Positions 51,240 through 62,279 of a stretch of DNA of 64,000 nucleotides are shown here, in pieces (positions within the stretch are counted from its first letter, which is position 1; every line of letters begins with the position of its first letter). A model generated the notes under the pieces. The model had not been told where the DNA came from. It made no database searches and worked only from the letters and a program-made list of their open reading frames with translations. The stretch lies in contig NC_042999.1 of the NCBI RefSeq assembly GCF_006345805.1, positions 146,196,001-146,260,000 on the forward strand, given 5' to 3'. A program made the position numbers and the translations under genes. Source of the stretch: Octopus sinensis. Its lineage: Eukaryota.

Positions 51240-52040
51240 CCCAGCATCTACTTACTCCCTCCACAACACTAACCTCAAAAAGTCTTTGTGTGAACGTGAC
51301 CTGGGCGTTATTGTCGACAGCAATTTGCGTTGGACAAAACACATCGCTAAAATTGCCAAGAAGGCTGAGGGTGTCTTGGCATCACTCACCAAGTCCTTTG
51401 TGAGCCGCTCTCCGGCTATCTATCTATATAGCTATGGTACGACCTCACCTGGAATTTGCCTCACCGGTCAGGAACCCCTATCTTGACCGGGATATTAATC
51501 GTCTGGAAGCCGTTCAGCGACATGTAACCAAGAGAGTACCCTCCATCAGGCATTTGCCATATTCCGAATGCCTTATTTCCCTGGGCATGGATACATTGAA
51601 ACTCCGACGTCTGGCATCTGACTTGGCAGACACCCATAAAATTATTAACCATCTTACAAACAATAACTCTGAGCACCTTTTCAAACTCCACCTGTCTAAC
51701 AGCCGTGGACATGTTTACAAAGTCAGAAAACAACACAGCTCCCATGACTTTCGGAAACATGTTTTTCACGCTAAGAGTTGCTAAAGTATGGCACAGACTG
51801 CCGGCATCAGTTGTTAGTTGTTGAAGCACTGCATCCTTCAAAACTTCCATGCTTCCTGAGATTCGCCAACACTACACCTGCTTTTCTCCCCTCCATACAC
51901 ACGCAAGCATGTATCTGACTCATATGCTATTCACTTCCCAGACACTTGTACATTACTGCATATGCTTTAAACACACTTTCTGACAAGTTGTGGTGCACCT
52001 GAGCACTGTATACAATAATTTCATTATTATTATTATTATT
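51240..52040 (+). mobile_element. CR1-clade LINE 3' end with (ATT)n tail
   Basis: ERDLGVIVDSNLRWTKHI...MVRPHLEFASPV...RLEAVQRHVTKRVPSIRHLPYSE...LKLRRLASDL. Confidence 0.9.
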
Positions 52041-52176
52041 TTTATGGAGGGTCATTAGACCACACACACACAAATTTATAACGAAAAATGAGTGGATATA
52101 TCAAATTAAATGAAGGCAAATCAACAGTGAAGCATAGTGCACGTTTTGGCTTCACAGTATAATTTTAAATTTTCAG

Positions 52177-52256
52177 GTAAATCAACCATTCAAATCAGTG
52201 GTGAAGGCCAAGCTGAAGGAGCAAATTGCTGGCATCTGGCAATCCTAAGAATCCAA
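52177..52256 (+). CDS. Candidate coding exon A of an unidentified plus-strand gene
   Basis: ttttaaattttcag|GT AAA...ATC CAA|gtatgt. 80 nt, only the phase-1 frame is open: (G)KSTIQISGEGQAEGANCWHLAILRIQ. GC is higher than the flanks. Confidence 0.45.
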
Positions 52257-52488
52257 GTATGTATCCAAGGAGTAATTGACTGCAGGCAATTATAGTAATA
52301 AAGATGAACTGAATAGATGTTTCAAGTACCACTAGAAATGTTTCCATATAAGAATTTTATTAACACAGGACATCATTACAATTAGGCACATAACATTCTG
52401 CAAGATTATATAATGTTATATAATATCATGTTTTATATAATAAATTCCACTTCTTCGGGTAATACTCCCTTAGATGTTGTTTTTTTAG

Positions 52489-52559
52489 GTGATACTCTAC
52501 CAGCAGAAGTATAGCAGCATACTATTGAAAGATATTGATTCGAGGGATTTAGAAATGAT
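52489..52559 (+). CDS. Candidate coding exon B, phase-compatible with exon A
   Basis: gttgttttttttag|GTG ATA...ATG AT|gtgaga. 71 nt, phase 0 to 2: VILYQQKYSSILLKDIDSRDLEM. Confidence 0.45.
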
Positions 52560-53665
52560 GTGAGAGTATATTGGACTACTGACCAATTTAATCCTTTAAG
52601 TTTGCATGCTAAACAGATTCATCATGTGCATTAATCAATGAGCACCCACTACACTCTTGGAGTGGTTGGTGTTAGGAAAGGGGGCATCCAGCTGTAGAAA
52701 CCTTGGCAGATGAGATTGGAGCCTGGTGCAGCTTCCTGGCCTGCCAGTCCTCAGTTAAACCGTCCAACCTATGCCAGCATGAAAAGTGGATGCTAAAAAT
52801 GATGATGATGATGATGAAGGAGGAGGAGAAGAAGAATTAGAATTAGAAGAAGAGGAAAAGAAGAAGAAGGGGGGATTGGTTATAAATTAGTTCTGTTTCC
52901 TGGCCGTGAATAAGGGTGAGAAGATGATAGATTGCCATAGATAAAGATCAGCAATAGCATTGGATCTTCCTTAACAATAATAGCCATTAATGGCTTTGTA
53001 ACAGACATAAACCAGAGGGAAAGGTGCCAGACTGAATTATCCAGACTAATTTTTGCATGTTTATATGAGGGAATATTTATATAATAGTTTCATAATGTTT
53101 TAATGTCCATGGATGTTATTAGGTTGGCAGATAATGTATGTAGTAGGGCAGTGTGTAACTATGCATGTATTCATACACGCACACGCACACACACACACAC
53201 ACACGCATAGAATGTAGAGATCAAGTTAGAAGATTTCGTATCATTTTCCTTGGAGCCTGGTGCAGCCATCTGGCTTGCCAGTTCTCAGTCAAACCATCCA
53301 ACTCAGCCAGCCTGGAAAGTGAACATTAAACGATGATGATGATCAAGTAACTAAGCAAAATTTTAAAATTTTACAAGAATAGAAGAGAAAATTAATTGTT
53401 TACCCTGGACTGAATGACTATACTCTGACCAAAGCCTCGTGAGTGGATTTGGTCGACAGAAACTGAAAGAAGCTTGTATGTATATATATCATCATCATCA
53501 TCATTATCATCACTTAACTTCTGCCTTCTATGCTGGCATGAGTGGGACAGTTTGACAGGAGCTGACCAGGCAGAAGCCTGCACTAGATTTCTGTGACTGT
53601 TTTGGCAGGATTTTTACAGCCGGATACCCTTCTGAACAGAACACCACCCACTCAGCAGAGAGGAC

Positions 53666-53685
<20 letters not shown>

Positions 53686-53698
<13 letters not shown>

Positions 53699-53858
53699 TT
53701 AGAGACAAAACCACTATTTTTCAAAACAAACAAGGAAAGACTTAATCAATATATAAAATTTTAATAAAAAGTAAAAAATTTTATTAAAATTTTATGTATT
53801 AAGTCTTTCCTTGTTTGTTTTGCAAAATAGTGGTTTTGTCTCTAATTAATATTATATA
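53686..53858. repeat. About 170-bp fold-back palindrome next to (TA)n
   Basis: ATATTAATTAGAGACAAAACCACTATTT...CAAGGAAAGACTTAAT pairs with ATTAAGTCTTTCCTTG...AATAGTGGTTTTGTCTCTAATTAATAT. Confidence 0.9.
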
Positions 53859-54383
53859 ATATTTTACTATAAAATTGGATTTAATCCTAAATCTTTTTTT
53901 TCCCTGTAAATTTGGATTTATTCCCTAATATTTATTATATATATATATAAATGTGTGTGTGTTTGTGCGTGTGAGTGTGTGTGCGTGTGCATGTGTCTTT
54001 TTGTGTCTGTGTTGAAAACAGGTGTTGGTATGTTTACATCCCCATAACATAAAAGAGTACTGAGGATGATTCATTCAGCTAAAATTTCTTCAAAGCTGCC
54101 CCAGCATGGCCACAGTTTAATGACTGAAACAAGTAAAATATAAAATATATATATAAACATCCACCTCTATACACACACATATATGGATGCATATATATAT
54201 GTGTGTGCATGCATATATGTATATACATACATATATATATACACACATCAACACTAGGACTTATTTCTTAAACTTAGTATTTATTCTATCAGTGTCTTTT
54301 GCTGAACTGCTAGGTTACAGGGACATAAAAACCCCAGCACTGGTTGTCAAGCATTAAAGTGGCATAAGGACAGACATAAATAC

Positions 54384-54436
<53 letters not shown>

Positions 54437-54489
54437 AACTTAACTTAGAATAACTTAGAAAGGTTTTTGGCCAGTATTGGCCCAGGCCA

Positions 54490-54990
54490 TGTCTAACTTA
54501 ATAGCACCACCTGGCGAAGTCTTTCAGTTCAGGATTTGGGCACCAAGGCCCATTCGAGCAGAGAGTTATTGTTTGCGGAGACATATCCGGGTGTGGGTGG
54601 TTTGTCCGGTACTGTTTGAAGGAATTTGTCCAAAGACTTCTTGAATTTTGTGTGGTCAGTTTCTTTTTTGACGTGTCCTGGTGTAATGTTGAAGAGAGCG
54701 GGTCCAATTGAGGTGAAATAGTTGTGCCATATTGTCGTTATGTGATGCGATTTAGATTTTTGTTGTGGACGGATGGCACGTGGTCCAAGCCTTGGATGCA
54801 TTTTGAAGGTGATGCCAACATCATTCGGACAGTGCTGATGGAATATTTTCCACATCATACAGATAATGTAGCGTTCACGGCGTCGTTGGAGTGAATACAA
54901 TTTCAGCTTCTCTAGTCTACCCCAGTAGTCAAGGTCTGACATGCCATCTATCTTTTTTGTGATTGACCTTTGGGGAGCTTCAATTCTCAT
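54490..54990 (-). mobile_element. CR1/L2-type LINE ORF2 C-terminus
   Basis: IEAPQRSITKKIDGMSDLDYWGRLEKLKLYSLQRRRERY...FKKSLDKFLQTVPDKP. Confidence 0.88.
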
Positions 54991-55195
54991 AATATATATA
55001 TATATTCTGAGTGAATCTACCATGCATGAACATGTACCTCCTTGTGACAATGTAAACTTCCATTTAATCAAGATATCCTTGGCCTGAAGAGTAGCCTGCG
55101 GTATACACCTCACTTGGATATTTACCAATTCCGAGGTTCCTCTTGGTATGAACCATATGAAGGCCGGATCTTATCTACTCCATTCTTTAATTCTC

Positions 55196-55236
<41 letters not shown>

Positions 55237-55240
55237 CACA

Positions 55241-55460
55241 CAAGTATAAGGTGTTATGAGCATTTATAGAACACAGTCCTATATAAACTTGACAAACAAT
55301 TAAAGATGAAGTAGAGAAGGTGTTAAAAGTTTTATAAAATTTAAATCAACGAAAAAACATTTTATAAACCTTTTAGCATCTTCTCTTCTCCATCTTTAAT
55401 TGTTTGTTGTGTTTATATAGGACTGTGTTTTATAAATGCTCATAACACACCTTATACTTG
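55241..55460. repeat. 220-bp fold-back palindrome (about 100-bp arms, 18-nt loop)
   Basis: CAAGTATAAGGTGTTATGAGCATTTATA...GTCCTATATAAAC pairs with GTTTATATAGGAC...TATAAATGCTCATAACACACCTTATACTTG. Confidence 0.9.
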
Positions 55461-55590
55461 TAAAATTTTCATATTTTTAATAAAATACTTGCAATAACAA
55501 GCTACAAATTTACTATGAAGAATCTTTATTAGAAATCTAACTTTGGACCTCTCCAATGTAAAATTTATTCTAATTGAACTCAAACCTTTT

Positions 55591-55716
<126 letters not shown>

Positions 55717-56245
55717 ACATATACATACAATGGGCTTCTTTCAGTTTCTGTTTACCAAATCCACTCACAAGGCTTTGGTTGCCCTGGGGCTCTAATAGCA
55801 GACACTTGCCCTAGGTGCCATGCAGTAGGACTGAACCTGGAACCATGTAGTCAAGAAGGAAGCTTCTTAATTCTTCATTGCCCACAAGGGGCTAAACACA
55901 GAGAGGACAAACAAGGACAGACAAACGGATTAAGTCGATTATATCAACCCTAGTGCATAACTGGTACTTAATTTATCGACCCCGTAAGGATGATAGGCAA
56001 AGTTGACCTCAGTGGAGTTTGAACTCAGAGCATAATGGCAGACGAAATACCACTAAGTATTTCACCCGGTGTTCAAACGTTTCTGCCAGCTCGCCATAGT
56101 TGGATGGTAAGAAGGAAGCTTCTTACCACCCAACTATACCTGTGCCTACATATATATGTTTCTTGATTTCAGTATTTATTCATAAATATCGATACAGAGA
56201 AACACAGCCACCATGTTTTCACATACAATAGAAACAATGTGGGAA

Positions 56246-56340
<95 letters not shown>

Positions 56341-56844
56341 AAGACAGAGGGTTTTATGTGAATATTTCAAGGCATGAAAAATGTGAATATTTTATATACA
56401 TAGACATACACACACACATACAAATGTACATACATATAAACGTACATCATACACACACATAATTAGTGTAAAGCATTTAATTGCTTCTTTAGTTGTGGAT
56501 TAACTTGTCCTCACATACACATTACACACACATTCCCACACTCACACATTCCGACACTCACACATTCACACACTCACACTCACACACATGCCCTTATAAA
56601 CTGAGACGTGTGAGCTTATGACCAGCAGATAGCCAAGAATCAGAACATAATTGTTAAATGTTACAATGAGCTGCTAACATTGACATCTACTGAAGCCTCT
56701 AGAATAGATCTGAGTAAACTGGGTGGATTTTCTCTCATTTCTCACTTCACACTTGAAAACATCACTGAATAACAGTAAGTCTGTGTTTCATTTTTTTCAT
56801 GTGTTATTGCTGTGTTTAGCCTGATGTCATTATACAATTTAAAA

Positions 56845-57131
56845 CAGGGGGTCTCCAACAAGTAGGCAACAGACTAGTATCAGATCAGGATCATTTGGTG
56901 TTGGGGCACACCAAAAGAATAAATTTCAATATTTTATTTCTATTTTGCAGACTATTGCAGTCTACAAAATATTTTTGCATTATATATGCAATATATATGT
57001 ATTTAATATGTAATAATTAATTACATATTATGCATGTTATTGTGTTCTGTAATGCATATGATCCTCAAATCCATAGAAAAATTGTCTTACATGAATCCAG
57101 TCTGTGATGCAAAAAAGGTCAGGGACCATTG
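56845..57131. mobile_element. hAT (Charlie-like) MITE
   Basis: CAGGGGGTCTCCAAC / GGTCAGGGACCATTG ends, near-TSD ATTTAAAA / ATTTGAAG. Confidence 0.5.
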
Positions 57132-57346
57132 ATTTGAAGCATTGCTAAGTTGGTTTTTTAGTGTTAAGAGCAATTTGATTTAGGTGACATTTAGCTGTGA
57201 TTTCTATGTGCATTGTTCCTTTGTTGACTCATCTTTTCCATATGTTTGTGATGTTCCAATGTAATTGTATCCAGAGCACAGTTTCTGATTCTCAAATGCA
57301 TGGTTCATCACCTGCTGATATGCTTATTTTTCTATATTATATATAG

Positions 57347-57432
57347 TCTGTTACAAAATGCATCATTGGCACTAAATATTTCAGGGTTTTTAATAATTTC
57401 TTCAGAGTCTTTTTGTGATGTGGTTCAGGATG
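57347..57432 (+). CDS. Candidate coding exon C, phase-compatible with exon B
   Basis: tttctatattatatatag|T CTG TTA...GAT G|gtaatt. 86 nt, phase 2 to 1: (I)LLQNASLALNISGFLIISSESFCDVVQD. Confidence 0.3.
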
Positions 57433-57869
57433 GTAATTTTTCGTTTGTACATCAGCATCAAACAAAGATGAGGCCCATTACTTTGTGAGACATTAAGGAG
57501 AATCTACTTACTTATGTATTACTGAGAAAAATCAAATATCAATTGAGAACAGTTTCATAGTATTAGCACCTAATTTGAGAGAGAAAAAGAAATAGATAGA
57601 TAGATTGATAAATAGACAGACAGACAGAAAATATGCATTATTGTGTAAACATTGATATGCTAACTCAATAATAACTAATCTTAAACTATTGGTTATAAAT
57701 TTATTGTTTGACTATATTGGTAAAAAAGTGTTGATTCAAAGTTGCAGAAAAGTAACAAAAAGAGGTGCCAGAGGTTGTGATGATTAATGACAATTGCTTC
57801 TGCAACAGGCACAAAACCTGAAACTTTAGAGGAGAAGCTAGATAGAATAATAATTATAAGTTTTATACA

Positions 57870-58540
57870 CTGTTCTCTCTGGAAAATGCATATTTGGCGC
57901 GGTGGTTACATCTTGGAATTTTCTCATGTTTATTTACTAGATTTTCATTACTCAGTAAAATACTAAGTGCTTCCTCAAGGCAAAGGTCACATTTTCCGGA
58001 TAGTAAAGTACATGGATATACATTTTTTAAGTTTGACCATTCTATTTGGTATTTAATTTTTGATTATTTCAGTCCCCATATGAGGTCTGCCAGCAAGGTC
58101 ATGTGTCGTCTATTTTTTGGAATGACGAGATGTAGTTTCGATAATGGACTTTGAATTGGTTTCAGTGGCTCCTATGCACACTTAATTATGTTGAGATGTG
58201 TAGATTATGCATTTATATACTATGTTTTTTTTGAGTACAGTAGTTCAGGAGCAGACATGCGGATTTTCTATGGCATGTGCAGTTAATCATATTCTTATTA
58301 TTTTTATGTTTATCTGGCGTCTTTTTGATTCTGTTTCCATGATGCTTTGTTTGATTTCTAGTACTCGAGTCTTTGTTTAATTGGTAATCTGTTTTGTAGG
58401 ATTTTTTTGATGATATGTTTTAACTTTATTGTCCCCGTCTTTTATGCTCTCTGAGATTTTGCAGTCTATTTGTTGTTTATTTTGGTTATTGGTGTTAAAT
58501 TATGTGTAGTTTTGATTTGTTTGTTCTCTACCAGCACACA
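57870..58540 (-). mobile_element. Penelope-like element, GIY-YIG endonuclease C-terminal remnant
   Basis: NCTCHRKSAC...NIVYKCII...VCIGATET...KCDLCLEEALSIL...RCNHRAKY, with stops and a frameshift. Confidence 0.75.
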
Positions 58541-59499
58541 CACACACACACACATATAAACAACAGGATATCAAGAGGTGATGCAGTACTACCGTTTCAA
58601 GCTGCTCCATTTAATTGAACAATGCAATCATTGCATCAATTTAAATGCAGGGCTAGCCTCAGCTGCATAAATAAATAATTAGAATTTTTAATCAGTTGGA
58701 CACATTAATATAGTTTTACTCATCTGTTCTAATAGAGCAAGAAGATGGAAAGTGTTCATGTTGCCACTAATGTAGCTAAGAATATACTACACTTCTAAGA
58801 ATTGTATTAAGTTTGTCGGTGCCATAGCTAGTAAAGGATTGTGGTTCATTTTTAACTTATTAGTCTTTTTATCAATTACCAAATCTAAGGCTAGAGGACT
58901 ATGTCAGTTTAGAATGGAGGATAGGAGTGAGTTGACAGCACATAGCTGGGTATGGTCATAAATATTGTCAAAGTTCCTAGGATTAGTATAAAGTAACAGT
59001 CTATAAAGGAGGTTGGGTAGAAGAAGACCCCAAATCAAGATGTTAATTAAAGGGGCAAGATGCTAATAAAACCTATGATGTTAATACAGAGGAAATTATC
59101 ATAGGGTACTATGGGTGATTGCATATAAACAATATTATTATGTTGTATAAAGTTAAAATTTAAGATTATTAAAAATGATATAACAACCATTTTGATTACA
59201 ATATCATTTTTAGTAATCTTAAATTTTAGCTTTATACATGATAAAATGTGTATATATACAAATTTTCAATGTTAGATAAGGAAGATTACATAGAATTAGT
59301 TTAATATTCATTCATGTACTGAATTATTTACTTGTTAGGTGGTTTCTATAAAGATTGCTCTGGGTATTTTTACTCGGGGCTGCTGCTTTTACTCATGCTT
59401 TTGCTAAGTATAGCTCTCTGGGAATATTAGTCAGGTATTGATCATCTGGTTGCCTCTTCAATCTGTGCATATTACCTGCCAATTCAACACTTTTCCAGT

Positions 59500-60290
59500 C
59501 TCTTTTTCATGACCTACTTTATGCAGATAACTGTGACTTAGTCACTCATACAGTGGATACCATGCAAAAACTTTTGAATTGTATTTCTGCTTCTTGCAAG
59601 GCATTTGCACTCAGCATTAGCCTGGACAAGACTGTTGTAATGTTCCAGCCTACACCAGGAAACCCATATGTAGAACCAGCTATCTTGGTTGAAGTAACAA
59701 TTCTGAAAGTGGTAGACAAGTTTGTCTACCTGGGCAACACATTCGGCTGTTCTTGCTCCCTGGATGATGAAATATCTTTCAGACTGCAGTGAGCAACTAA
59801 TTCCTTCCAGTCTTTTGAGTCTTGTGTCTGGTCCCAGCATGGCATCACAAGGCAAACAAACATTGCTGTTTACCATGCAGGTGTACTGACCTTGCTCCTT
59901 TACTCATGTAAGACATGGACCCTTAACAAATGTCATGTAAAGGTCCTTGAATGCTTCCATCAGAGATATCTGAGGCATTCTGAATATTGAATGGACCTTA
60001 AAAATTCCAGACAAGCAGGTCTTGAGGAATACTGATATCTTGAGTATTGAGGCAATGGTGCACAAGCACCAGTTATGTTGGACTGGTCACCTTATTAGAA
60101 TGAAGGATCCATAAACAGATGCTAGATGGGGAACTTGTTAGTAGAAAGAGACCCCAGCAGAAACCAAGACTGATTTGCGGACGGTGTCATGTCCTCATTA
60201 ATGGCCTTTGATATGCAGGAGACCAACTGGGAGAGCAATGCTTATCCATCACCTCAGATGGAGGAGGCAGGTTAAGGAGCTATGGAACTT
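59500..60290 (+). mobile_element. RTE-clade LINE ORF2 fragment (second family, no PHD insert)
   Basis: FALSISLDKTVVMFQP...LKVVDKFVYLGNT...LDDEISFRL...LLYSCKTWTL...LECFHQRYLR...CWTGHLIRM. Confidence 0.88.
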
Positions 60291-61329
60291 TTTTCTATAT
60301 GTCTCATCTTCAGCTTAAGCTAATTCATTTTCATCTTTTGCATCTCTTTGATTTCCAGTCACAGTTTACCATCCATTTAAAGCCTATATTTGATGGTAAT
60401 CATGGTGATTGATTGCTGCAATCAAAATGAAGATTCTGGCACTGAAGATTTTTCTTTTGGCAGCACTTGATGTCTGCTGTTGTTGTTGCTAAGTCTACTT
60501 TTGTCTGCCCACCCACTTTTTCTCTACTTTCTCTGTTTCTCTTGACATAAAGCAGAGGTGGCTCTTACTGTCTCATGTACAGCAACTGAACTGAACTCTA
60601 TACTGTAGCATCAGACAAAATGCCTTCCTTTCTTTTGCTGCTAAAACAATGTGGTACAGTTCTGGAATCATTTTGCAGTATTTAGAAATGGAGGAGGTGA
60701 GGACTAGCATAGGAATTCGTATATGCATATAGTCACACCAACACATTATTTCTGTCAGCTCAGCACTTATAACTAGTGTCATAAATATAATGATAAACTG
60801 AAGATTAGTGTCTAAAACAATGGGTTTGTTGTACTCTTTGTGTTGTGCCTTCTCAAACCCTGCAGCATGAGGCAGCAGGCAAATGTGTGATGCACTACCT
60901 CCATTCATCACTTAAATTTATCATTGGTCTCAAAGACTGAATTCATACACCTATACGACTCTACCTTGGTTAATAGAGCAAACGTCATTTCACATACATT
61001 GGGCTGACCGTTCAAGTGTGCCTTTGGAAGCCTAAGAAAGCCATCTCTGTATTTAAATGTATTTCTTGAACCAGAGGAGGGTATGTCTTTCCTCTTCTTA
61101 GAGCTGGCCTATACAGGGTGATTAGTAATGCTAGCAAAACAGTTACTATTGCATTTACTATTAATTTTATTTGAAATATTGATGCTTCCTTTTTGTTTAC
61201 ATTTGTAGAAGCACAAATATTTGCTGTGTTTGCTTGTTCAAGTATATTCACTTTTTTCCCCAATATCTGACAATGCAATGCAACGAGAGAAACAACAAAA
61301 TGTTGAGTGAATGAATGAGATAATAATAA

Positions 61330-61955
61330 CTGGCACAGAAAGAATACAAGAAAAGAGTTACTCATATAGTAAGTGAATATAGCATGCTGGCACAGCAGAC
61401 ATACATGAAAAGACATAACAAACAAGGGAAAGTAATCCACTGGGAGATATGTAGAAAGTTAGGATTTGGCCATACTAATAAATGGTATGAACATGAACCT
61501 ACTAAAGTACAAGAAAGTAAGAAATATAAGATATCATGGGACTTTAACATACAGACTGAGAGAGTAATAGAAGCTAGGAGGTCTGATTTAGTAGTAGTAG
61601 ATAAAGAGAATAGAAAGTGCCAGATAATTGACTTTGCAGTCCCAAATGATAAGAAAATCAAAATGAGAGCTATAGAAAAAATAGCAAAGTACCAGAACCT
61701 AGCCATAAGACTATGGAAAGTGCAGATAAAATGTATCCCAGTAGTTATAGGTGCATTGGGAACTATCCCTAAAGATTTGAACAGCTGGATAGAGGAAATA
61801 AGCGTAAACCCAGTTTAGTACAGCTCCAGAAAACAATGTTATTAAGGACAACTAGGATACTTAGAAGGGTTCTTGGAATCTAAGGTTACTTGTTGTAACT
61901 TGATGCTAGGAATTTCTCTTTTCCAACAGTCTAATATATGTATATGAAGAGTGAT
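61330..61955 (+). mobile_element. Dong/R4-type non-LTR element 3' end (restriction-like endonuclease) in (TAA)n
   Basis: VTHIVSE..LAQ..Y.KRHN..IHWEIC..WDFNIQT..IEARRSDLVVVDK..IIDFAVP..EKIAKYQ..PVVIGALG. (TAA)3 at the 5' side and a long (TAA/TGA)n tract at the 3' side. Confidence 0.88.
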
Positions 61956-62064
61956 GATAATAATAATAATGATAATAATAATAAAAATGATAATGATAAT
62001 AATAATGATAATAATAAAAGATGTATGTCAGTTCTCTCTTTCTTGATCATTCTGCAGTTAAAAA

Positions 62065-62279
62065 ATGAAGAGGTTGCCACAAGACATTATTCCGCCACTT
62101 ACTTTCCTGTGCATTTTGGTGACACTATGTCATTGTGAAGAAACGACAGAACCCCTTGAGAATGTGAAAATTGAAATATTAAAGGTATCTGAAAATTGCA
62201 AAAGGACAGTGAAACGAGGGGACATGTTAAAGGTGAATTATAAAGGATACTTGGAGAATGGAAAAGTTTTTGATGATTC
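62065..62279 (+). CDS. ER-type FKBP peptidyl-prolyl isomerase (FKBP14/FKBP7/FKBP2-like), first coding exon
   Basis: Signal-peptide-like LTFLCILVTLCHC, then VKIEILKVSENCKRTVKRGDMLKVNYKGYLENGKVFDD(S). Donor TC|gtaaga (phase 2). Acceptor ...tcattctgcag| at 62057. Paralogue not resolvable from one exon. Confidence 0.9.

Noticed and set aside
60573-60911. 112-aa minus-strand ORF, possible piggyBac remnant
   Set aside because: No convincing catalytic motifs.
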